Under the pieces are notes generated by a model. That model made no database searches and had not been told where the DNA came from. It saw only the letters and a program-made list of their open reading frames with translations. This document shows positions 53,514 to 64,000 of a stretch of 64,000 bases of DNA, piece after piece. The first letter of the stretch is position 1; each line of letters opens with the position of its first letter. The translations under genes and the position numbers were made by a program. The DNA comes from Lama guanicoe (Eukaryota), in contig MU054129.1 in NCBI GenBank assembly GCA_013239625.1, forward strand, positions 313,238 to 377,237, read 5' to 3'.

Positions 53514-56320
53514 AGATTTGTGCACTTTTTTTTTCTTTGTAATGCCTAAAGGTGGCCAAAGGTCATCCTACTTGAAGGTTATTTCATGTGATTTCCAGCA
53601 TGCAGTGTGCTTTCTTGGGAAAAAAAAGTCCAAGTTCATATTACAAATTAATTTACAAATATAGAGCTGTTAAAAACAATATTTATAAAAGCCCATATGA
53701 TTTTACACATAGAAAAATAGCCACAGAAACTGTTTTTTGTACACACTACATGGGGATAGGCAGTCCCTTTGGCTGTCTTCCTGCATAATATTAAAAAAGT
53801 AATGGTGATGTTATTTTTATCTCAGTGAACTATTTAAAAAAATCATTTTCTGTATGTGTATTTCAAAATAAAAATTTAACAGTAATACTGTGAGAGTCTT
53901 AAAAAAGAATACCTGGGGGAAAGTTTTTTTTTTTTTTTTACAATGTATTGTGTTCCTTTTCCTAAAAAAAATTAAAACCCCAAGCCAGCAACACTCCGAT
54001 CAAAGACTGAACAGCATGGTACAAAGTTAACTCCTTGGACATTATCTTCATCTTAATGCATCGCTATTCCAATAAAATCAACAAATATCTGTATTGTAAT
54101 GAACACTTTTCGGATAAGTTCAGTAGTTCAGTGACGCCAGGTGCCAGGCACTCTGCTGGGCACTGGGAGGGTGATCATAGAAAGCTATTGAAATGAAGAT
54201 ACCTCTTGAGAAGTAAAAGGGAGTGCTAAAAATAAGTTATATTTTTTTTTAAATTTTGATCCCAAAGTTTTTATTAAAATCTATAAAAATTCCATTTAAA
54301 AACTTTCTAATTAAATTCTAAAACTTTGCGTAAAAGTTGAAAAATCCAAGACATATGCTAAAAGGGACAGGACGCCGAGCTGAGCAGGACAGTAGTCACC
54401 CTAGACCTCAGAAACACGGCAGCAGAAGTAAGGCAAGAGGGGGTGTCCGTCCTCACTGCTCAGGGTGGTATTTATCTCACCTGGAAACCGGTCAAATGAA
54501 GTCGACCTCACTCCTACCCTGCACACACTGTGTCTGCCTGTGCAGGCCGGTGCCTTTGTTTTTTGGGAACTAGAGCACAACATTTACAAGCACCGATTCT
54601 GGAGCCAGACCGCCTGGACCTGATCCTGGCTCCACGGCTTGCTATCTGAGTGGCCCTGGGTGAGTGACCTAACATCGTGGCGGTTCACTGACCTGGTACA
54701 GAAAATGAGGGGTAGTGAGAACACCTGTCTCCCAAGGTGGTTGTGATGACTAAGTGAGTGAATACATGTCAAGTGTCTAAAACAGCTCCCGGCACACATG
54801 GCTGGCTTGCCTGCGCAGTTCTGTTGCTGTAAGTGTCTACCCTGCACCTGGCACTGAGCATAAGTAGAGGTGATCTGGGAGCTGGATGGAGTATTTGCAT
54901 GTCCTAGTACCATATTTTTAAAACTTTCATTAGCCACAAAGAATCCAACTGGAGGTTTCCTATAACAATCCACTTATCTGACTTTTCTAGAAAAATCAGG
55001 ATGCTGCCCGGTGGGAGATAACAGCCTTTAGCTGGCCAGTCTCAGTCCCTCCTTACTGCTTCTGCTGCCATCTGTCAGCTTTTTCCCACCCAAAAACTTC
55101 ACTCACTTTTTTTCCTCCAGTTCCTATGCCTTTTAGCTTGTAACCCTGCCATATATTGATGAACAAACAGACATGGGCCCTGCCCTCACAGGGCTCACAG
55201 GTCCTCGCCCAGAACAGAGAGGGCTGGGGTTCTCTCCAGGGAGCCCCTTATCCAGAGAAACCGTCTCAGGAAAGGCACATTTTACCTTAAACAAGGAAAG
55301 AATTATAAACAAATACTTAACTCACATTAAAGACATGTATGCTGAAGGGTTCAGGGCTGATATGTACTAACATCTGTAACTTATCTGGAAATGCATCAGC
55401 AAAATAGGATGCAGCGATGGACAGAGGGGTGGATTAAATGGATATTGACATGAAAAAGCAAACATAGCAAGGTATTGATTCTAGAATCTATGTGGTCTTT
55501 TGCAAAATGCTTCAAAAAGCTTTCAAAATAAAAACTTGGGAAAACTAAGTAAATTTCAGGTGTACTAATTGTTTAGATATAAGAGAACAAAATCCTCCCA
55601 AAAATAGTACAAGAAATTTTGAAAAGCATTTTATAACCTTGGAGTGAAGAGAACTTTAAAATATACCAGAAAATCCAGTAAGTAGAGGAAAAGATACATA
55701 TTTTTGACTAAATGAATATTAAACACTTTTGCAAGTCAGAGGACAGCATAAACAGTATCAAAAGCACAACTGTATTCTTTTGAATCCAAAAAAAGAATTT
55801 TATTTTCTGTACCAAAAAAGTGGAAGGACACATTGCATCAAATAAGGGAGGCAAACAGTTAACATCTCTAATACAGAAATGATTCTTATCAATTTCTAAG
55901 AAAGCAGAAAATAACCCAATAGAAAAATAAAGGCATGTCCAGATAATTAACCAAAGAGGAAACATGAATCCCAGGAACTGTGTAAAAAGATGGTACTATC
56001 TCTGGCAGTCAGTTGAAAATACAAATTAAAACAAAATGAATTATCAGTATTCATCTTTGGATTAGCAAATCTTTAAATATCGATTCCTTGCATTGCTGGT
56101 GAGCTGCTGGGAGACAGGCACCACAGCTCCCTGGTGGAGTGTGCAGGTTCACAAATGTCAGAGCAGCAACCTGGAGGAAGGATGCCCCAGAAACACCCAA
56201 GACACCGAGTAACAGGCACAGTATGATCCCATTTTTATAAAGTAAATATTTTCCAATTTTTTGAACGAGGAGAAGACTCTGAAAGCCTCCACATCTAACT
56301 GCTGAAACTGATGCTTTAAT

Positions 56321-56537
56321 GCAGGGATCGGTGAACCACGGCCTGGGTACCAAACCTGGTGGGGTCCTCTGGTTTTCTACAGCCCACGGGCTAAGAATGG
56401 TGTTCACATATTTTTTAAAGGGTTACATTTTAATTGGTTCTATAATCATCTACATCATAGCCTCCTTTGGCATCTTAGGCAGCAAAGCCTAAAATTTTTA
56501 CTGTATGGCCTTTTAGGGAATGTGTACCACACCCTGC
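56321..56537 (+). mobile_element. MER58-like DNA transposon
   Basis: caggg...ccctg termini and 'acagcccacgggctaagaatgg...gcaaagcctaaaattttttactgtatggccttt'-like internal motifs. Confidence 0.6.
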
Positions 56538-57487
56538 TTCAGGGGAACAGTAGTTTCTGAGTTACTCCTTACCTCTTCTCTGTATTGCTGTGTTTTTTGT
56601 AATAGTCATGTATCATTTCTGCAAGCTGAAGGAATATAGGTGGCAGGTATGTGGGTAGGAAGACCAGTCACTTTGGCCACTGTTGGAAATGGCCTTCAGA
56701 AGACAAAAGGAGAGCAGGAAGACTAAATACGAAGCCACAGTAACAGCCCAGGTGACAGAGAATGATGCTTTGGAATCAGGTGGGGGCACAGTAGACACGG
56801 AAAGAAAGGGACAGAGTTTATAGAAACCAACAGGAGCTGCTGAGGGACTGGACATGGAAGGAGAGGCACAGAGAGGAACCAGGGCTGCTTCCTAGGCTCA
56901 GTCATGAGCTGGATCGTGCAGCCACTGAGCCGGAGAGTCCGGGAGGGGGAATTGGACAGGGAATCAGAGCTCTGTTGGGCCTGTGAACGTTCTGAATCGA
57001 ATGGTGTGAACAGACAGCTAGCGCTGCGGGGCTGTGGCGGGAGGGGGCCGAGCGAGCATCACAGACCTGAGTGGCGGCGCTCAGAGCTGGCTGGTGGCGG
57101 GGGGAGGGGGGGAGGAAGGGGCCAGGAGTCCGCCTGGTGCCCCAGTGCTCAGCCCCGCCAGAGCCGCTCCCGGCTGGCGGAGGTCCCTGATGCCACTGTC
57201 CAGACATTTGAATTCCTCCAAATCATGTTCCAAAACATCCTCTTGCATTGGCCAGGGAGCAGCATGGCTTCAGGGGAGACCCCGCCCCCCCCCCACAGCC
57301 GGTGCCCGAATGCTTACCTGGACAGCCAGCTCCTGCTGTTCCTTCTGGATGAGTGGCCCAGCCAGCAACTGGCTCCCCAGCGTGGACAGGCGCGTTCAGG
57401 TCCCAGGCCCTCCCAGTATGCCCTGCCGTGTGCAGCCACCTGTCACTCAGGCCGTGCTTTGACCTGAGAAGACCCAGAAGGGCTCAC

Positions 57488-57695
57488 CAAGGAGCTGGTG
57501 TAGGTGGGGTCTGAGGTGTCGCCCTGGAGGTAGCGGGAAAGGCCTGACACCTTGCACACCAGGTTACTGGTGATGAATGTTCCACGCAGCCAGGTCCCGG
57601 GGCACATAGTTCATCTCGGCCAGGTACTTCATGCCCGCGGCGATGCCCCTGAGCATGCCCACCAGCTGGATCACCGTGAACTGTCCATCATTTTG
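57488..57695 (-). pseudogene. EPHB1: Disabled EPHB1 kinase-domain exon (unprocessed pseudo-exon)
   Basis: Minus translation [69 protein letters not shown] matches EPHB1 ([24 protein letters not shown]). Bounded by an acag acceptor (57696-57697) and a gtgagc donor (57486-57487). It is 208 nt versus 216 expected for the 72-codon exon: a 2-nt deletion leading to TAA at 57564-57566, plus a 6-nt deletion of DF. Confidence 0.93.
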
Positions 57696-60600
57696 CTGTT
57701 ATAAGACACCAACAGCATCCAGGTCAAGATGGGCTTCAGGGGTTAAACAGAAACTGCCGTGCCATGATCCCACTGCTTGTCCCTCCATCAGTGCCAGGCT
57801 AAGCTGCTCCCACCTCCCCCTCCCCACTCCATCCTCATCCCTCCCCTTGGATGCTCATCTCTCTTCTCTGTGCCAAGCTTTGTAGGTTTAGTCTCCAAAT
57901 CTCATCTCAAACCCATCCACTCCTCTCCGTCTCCACTGCCACCATTCCAACAAAGTCATCGTCATCCATCACCTGTAACAGCCTCCCCCACCTGCCCTCG
58001 CCCTCTCCCCATTAAATCCATCCTCTAACAGCAGCTAAAGCTATCTTTGTAAGACAAATCTGGTCATGTCACTTGCTGGTTTGAGGCCCTTTCCACTGCA
58101 TTAAGGAAAAGCTCCAAACTCCTCAGCGTGGCCCACGGGGCCCCATGGGATCAGCTTCTGCCTCCCCTTACTGCCACTCTGTCCCTCACTTCTGCACTGA
58201 AATCACAGTGACTGGTGATCTTTCACTCCCTTCCGAAGCCAAGCCTTCCTGCCTCAGGGCCCTTACATGTGCCTCTCCCCCTGTCTCTCCCCCATAGTCA
58301 ACACCTACTTGCCTCAGATCTCCACTTAAATGTTACTTCCTCAAAGAGGATGTCTCTGAGGCTGGTCCCCTCCCCTAAACATAATTAGCACTTTCTTAAC
58401 CACTGTATTTCAGTGCATGCTTTTATTTCCCTCCTTAGCATATATCAAAAATTTTAGGGGTGTGTGTGTGCGTGTGTGTGTCTGAGGCTTCATTCTAAGC
58501 TCGTTGAGACAAGAAAAGACAAGAATGCTCTCCTGTAGCCACCAGAGCATTTCCAGTGCTGAGGACATTAATGCAGACAGAAAAGCTCAATAAACATGTG
58601 TTGGATGAGTAACTGCTACGTCTCTAACTGTCTCCAGAATTTAGGTGTTCAGATGTCTTTCTCAACACTGGGATAACCACACCCACCTCAGGAGGCTTGG
58701 TGGTAGGAGGGGCGCAAGGCCACCTGTGTGGGGCCCGGGGCCCCTCCGAGCGGGTGGGAGCCATTGCTGCCCCCTCCTGCCAACCTGAAGCCCTGCCTTC
58801 TCACCAATCACAGCTTCTCACCTGGCTGCCCTCCCTCCTCCATGCTTAGATGGTAGGCTCTTCTGTGAACAAATCCGGGCCTTCCTGCCGCCCCACCCCG
58901 AGCCTGAGTCTGGGGTCTGCACACACTGGTTACATTAGTGGACCCTGGGCCATGCTGCCAGGAACACATTTTCCCATGTAGGCCAGCCACAGCTGCTCCC
59001 CGGAGGGCTGGGCGCTGTATTCTGAGGTACAGCACGGCCGAGGCACTGAGATGCTCTGACTGGGGGGAGGTGGGGCACCCTGGGGCACCGCTGAACACAG
59101 ACCCTGGCAAGGCAGTCCCTCCCTCTGCCCCAGTGTCCTCGTGTGACATGCAGGAAGCATAAGCAGAGCGAGCAGCTCCCACTTAAGGAGCGCCTACTGT
59201 CGATGAGACTGTCCACAGCGCCCTCAGGGCACTATCTCACTGGGATGGACGGGGCATAGCACTGAAGCATGCGCTCTTGCAAAAGTATTTTCTATGCAAA
59301 GGTAAGTAAGGGAAAACAAAAGAGCTGTTATAAAAATGCACTATTAGGGAAAAACCAACAATCAAAAAGTCTAACAATGTTAGTGTGAGTTGTTCAAGAC
59401 CTCTGCTCCTCGTGCAAGATCGCAAGCCTGGGGGTTGGTTATGACCCACAGTCAGTTGGAGGAGTGGCGCAAACTGACACCCCCTCCACTCCTTCCTGAC
59501 CCCCAGCCCCGACCAGAGGACGGACCCTCTAACACACTGAGTTTCACGCATGCGTCCTTAAAGCCAGTCCTGTGGAGCAGGCAAGACGGGCTGTTCCTCA
59601 CTCCAACCTCGACCACTTCCCAGCCTGCCCAGAATGCACGCTCTGCAATCTTTGCCTGTAACCAACTCCAGAAGAAGGTGTAGAGCTGATTTTTGGAAAC
59701 TGACTGGCTTCAGCACATGCTGCCTATCTGCCAGAGCTGGGGGTGCCGTGGGTGATGCAAACCTTTCTCACTAATGAACCTCGCTCAACATCTCCAGAAG
59801 CTCGCCCGGCTTTCCCCAGCACATCACTCCTCTAAGTAGGTCTCTGGGGTCTGCTTCCCCAGAAGGTTGTCACGAAACTTCCATGCATTAGGAAATGGAT
59901 TTCAGACACAAGTCACATGGGTCATATTTTTTCAATTCAGTTTGTTACCTTCCCTCTGTAAGTGAAAATGACAATGTGGTTAAAATGAACGTCTCCCTAA
60001 AGAAGCCCACTTGTAGACAGATGTTGGGGAGGGCACTGGTGGTAGCTGGAAACAGCTTCGAGAATAGCAGGACTGATATTTGCAGATTTGTGTCTATGTT
60101 TCTATTTAAAGTCATCAAAGACATCCTTGAGCTGCTTCATTTTCTGATTTGTTTTAATGTTTAGATCAGCCATCCTTATAGTTTCTGGGGTCCACAAAGG
60201 ACAAGAAGTGATTAAAAGTCCAGGCTTTGGAGCCAGATAGCCTGGGACTGGAGACAGGCTCTGCCTCTCACTGGCTGTGTGTCTCTGGACAAGTTATTCC
60301 CACATCTGGAAAATAAAAACACAGTGCCCATTCTTCCTAAGGTTCTGGATTCAAGGTTCAATGAGACAATACCTGTGAAGGCTTAGCTTAGCGCCCTGTG
60401 AACACTAAGAAGGCAGCATCAATTGCTGGAATTATCAGCAAGGCCTTGACATCTCATCCATGGAATATGTTTTCATGCTTAAAAACAGTCCTGTGGGGTA
60501 GGCAAGGCAGTGATAACACACTGTTTTTATAGAGGAGGTAAAGGAAGTCCAGGTTTAAGTGATCAGCCTTAAATCACTGTGTAATTTTGACTCATAACAA

Positions 60601-63600
60601 GACTCTAAGACCAGTGAATTGCTTCTCCACTGACATTTAATCTTTGATCAATTGGCAATGGCTGCCTCAAATGCTGTGTGAAGTCTGTGTATAAACTTTG
60701 TAGGAAGAAGAGCCATGTTTGATTAATGATGTCTGCCGTGGGCATAGAAACAGAAAGCAGAGACGTGTACCACCCATGGGCCACTCTCATCTGAATCTTT
60801 TCTAATCCCTATCCAGTGCCTTTGCCACTGGAAAATGCTGGCTCTGCAGCAGATTTTCTTTAGGATCTGCAGGGAAATCACATATCATGATAAGACAGAG
60901 TCATACCTGTTGAGTTCATAATCTTGGTAAAATTTAAAGGTATAAACATACTAATATTTTCTGAAAAGTTCAGCTGTTTTATGTTCAGCTCATAGGTATA
61001 AACTCCTGCAAGAACTTCCAGAAATATGAGCATCAACATACAAAGATAAACAAGACAGAAAAAGAAAATCAGATTTCTTAGAACTTTGAGAGAGGACCTG
61101 TTTCTATGCTGAGCACATGGTAAAAACAGAGCTCACAGAAGAAATACAGGCTAGGTGAAGTGATTTAAACTTTCCTCCCTTCATGAAGTGTTTTCTGCTG
61201 AAACTGCTTTTCTGCAAACTCACTGAAGCCATTTGCTGGCCCTTTTATTAGACCGGAAGGATTTAGGTATTTCAACTTTCACTGACAATCCCACTTCAGA
61301 AAATGAAACCCTTATTTCATTTGTTTGAAGAGAATGACTCAGAGTTTTTGTTTCTGTTTCTGTTTTTTAACCTGAAAGAGCCCTTTCAAGATCATCCAGT
61401 TCAATGCCTTTAGATCACAGATGGGAAATTGAGTTGACGGATTTGCTCAAGGCCACAGGGTGACTCACAGCAGAGCCCAGAGCAGGCCTCACTCTCAGGA
61501 CTCCCGGTCTAGTGTCCTCTTCCTGACAACTGGGCTGCTGACCTCTAGCTCCAGCCCGTGAATGATAAATGCCCCCATCTGACATTGCTCAGTGACTTCC
61601 AAGGGGCTTCTTGTTACGACCACCCGTGAATAGGCCAGCAGGGACAGTAAGGCCGAGCTTTAGCCACGAAGGCTTCATGGGGGCTTCATGCCACGTGGCT
61701 GCAGCTTAAGTCACAGAGGGAGGCTTCAGGGCTTGTTCCTAAGATTACGGAAGAGCTGAAGATTGAATCCCTGAATCGGAGCCCCAAGAAGGAGAGTTTT
61801 ACTTATGGATTTGCTGCCTAATCCCTGGCACAGACTTTTTAAAAATATGGATAATGATGAAGCTACTGAATGTGTGGCCACAGATAATGGTGTTTCCAGT
61901 CCCTCCAAAACGTGGATTCGAAGTCCTGCAACGGGAGAACAGCAGTGAGCTGCTGCGAGGAGGCCTGTTTGGCATGTTCACTGGACACCTGACGCCCAGG
62001 ACCTCTGAGATGCTGACCGGGAGCTGGAGCCGTGGCCAACCTTCACAGCCACCACGTCTCGGGGGGGTGCAGGGAGGGAGGGAACAAGTGCAGAGATGGA
62101 AGACTAACCCTTTTCTTTGCTTCTCTGAATGGTGATCCTAAAATTATATTACTTCCCAGAAGATGGACCCTGCAGAACTGAACTATGACCCACGTTTCAA
62201 CTTTATCAAGCAGCAGATACATCAATTAATGCTGCCAGGCTCCAGGGCTTGGTAGTCAGCCTGCAGCTAGATTCACAGATGGCCTGCCTTCATGCCACGC
62301 GGGCAGCAGAGGCGCTGCCGGCTCCGCCGCCCCTTCCTGCCAGCCTTTCCTTCCCTGTGCTCCTCTCTTGCCGCCCGCTTTCCCCCACTGCCTGGGCCAC
62401 GCCATCATGAACAATACTGGTGTCCAGCCCATCCCCCTGTCCTGCCTCCCCTCCCTCAAGAAATCGGCCCGTGCAGGGCAGCGGTGTGCCGGGTTTGGGT
62501 TCTTTGTTCTCTTGCACGCTCTGGGGAGAGAATCTGATCACAGTCCCCAGGCCATGTCGTGTAGCTCTGTGAAGCACAGACAGGTGGCTTGTAGGAAATA
62601 AATGACTCCTGAAAGCCTCTGGAGGCTGGTTCCAGCAAAGACTGTTTCTTCTTACACGGCCTTCTATTACACCTAGATGGCCGTCTTCACGAGGCCTCTG
62701 CTCACAAAGGAACGTCCGCAGGAAAGCCCGGTCCATGCCCTGTGCTGACACGGCAGGCCTGCCACAAGGACCGCGCGCACTCAGGATGCTCCAGCTCTTC
62801 TGCCGCGCACGCCCAGACACTTTTGCTCCAGGAATGGTCTTGTATGCTCTTCATTCAACTCGCATTTACCAGGTGCTCACTGTGCCCGGTGCTCCCTGTG
62901 CCAGATGCTGCCGTCTCAAAATACAAAGCATAACCTATACCCTTGGGGGCCGTATCAGGCAATGTACATAGGCCCCACAATCCACATCGGTCACCCCCAC
63001 CCCGACAAACAAAACCCATTACTGCTCAACAACCCCGACGAGGCATTAAGTGTGTGCGCCCCGCCGCCACGTAGCTTCAGTGTGTGCAGTGCAGCTTCTG
63101 GACAAGTCCTCCGACACCTTCCACACGGCAGCCCCGGAGCTCTGCTGCCGAGCGTGGGAGACTCCACGCAGCTAAGGACTGACACTGAACAGGCCACGCT
63201 GACCGTGACCTCTGAACACCCAGTCCTGCTGTTCCGTCGGCCTACCAGCCCATTCCTGACCCATCTGGCAAATTCGTCTTTCTCCAATATCAGAGAAATT
63301 CTCTCCTCCTTGAAGCCTTCCCTGATTTCCTCAGGAAGATTTCAGTTCTTTATGCGATACTTTGTACTCCATGCACAAAGACAAGAAGCACCATCAAGGT
63401 GGATGATTGCCGGGAGCTTTGGGCACTAAGGCCGGGGGGCAGGGACCTCTGGGCAGGTAGTATTTTTGAAGATAGGCATGGTGGAACCCCCATGCCTTAC
63501 ATTTATGAAGCCTTCTGGTTGCTGCCCTCCATCAAAACAGGGGGCACGTTTCCTTCTCTTGACTCTAGGTGGCCCGTCACTGGGCTGAGGGAGGCTGTGA

Positions 63601-64000
63601 GACTTTTCAGGCTGGGTTACAACATGGATACAGCCTCTGCCTTCCATTCTCAGGATGCATTCTTGGGGCCCAGTTTGCCATGTGGAAGCCCTGGCAGGCC
63701 GGGTGGAGGGGCGCCAGCGTCAACTAGGGGGCAGGAGAGTGAACGAGCCTTCAGATGAGCCCAGGCCTGAGGCCTTGAGCTGCCCCTACTGGCAAGACAT
63801 GGAGCAGAGCTGCCTCACCGAGCCCACCCAAGCTGCAGGCTTACAAGCAAGACACAGTGTTGTGGTGCCGAGCCACCGAAGTCTTGGGGTGATCTGCCCC
63901 ACAGCATTAGAGCCACACCCCTTTCCTCTCTTACAGGCCTGGTTCCCAGCAAAGGGCATGACCAGGGCAGCCACCTCATAAATGTTCCAGTGACTGATTC

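Noticed and set aside
56902..57467. GC-rich ORFs of 101-187 aa next to the EPHB1 exon
   Set aside because: No Eph or other domain similarity; they partly overlap an L2 relic and are consistent with intronic GC-rich sequence.
62256..63981. Cluster of overlapping ORFs up to 176 aa
   Set aside because: No recognisable protein and no matching EPHB1 exon; expected by chance in GC-rich intron-like DNA.

Overview
Mammalian genomic DNA, most likely camelid (inferred from a Vic-1-like tRNA-derived SINE and the L1 3'-UTR type). I found no intact protein-coding gene. The window is a repeat-rich pseudogene graveyard. It holds an intronless PITX2 retrocopy (5.0-6.4 kb, minus), a 5'-truncated SNAI1 retrocopy inside an old ERVL provirus (25.7-26.7 kb, plus), a TUBB retrocopy keeping only its 5' end (28.1-28.5 kb, minus), and two short retroposed 3'-UTR-like pieces (53.3-53.8 kb). 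It also holds one intron-flanked but disabled EPHB1 kinase-domain exon (57.5-57.7 kb, minus). The rest is nested L1s of several ages, a solo LTR with a 6-bp TSD, MER/MIR/L2 relics, two orphan CpG-rich promoter-like patches and two assembly gaps. The most unusual signals are a sharply localised, almost one-directional AT->GC substitution burst inside the dead PITX2 copy (GC-biased gene conversion hotspot signature) and the EPHB1 exon whose HRD and DFG motifs are destroyed while its splice sites are intact. All homologies are recognised from memory of the conserved sequences, not from database searches. I see no evidence for a new multi-gene system.
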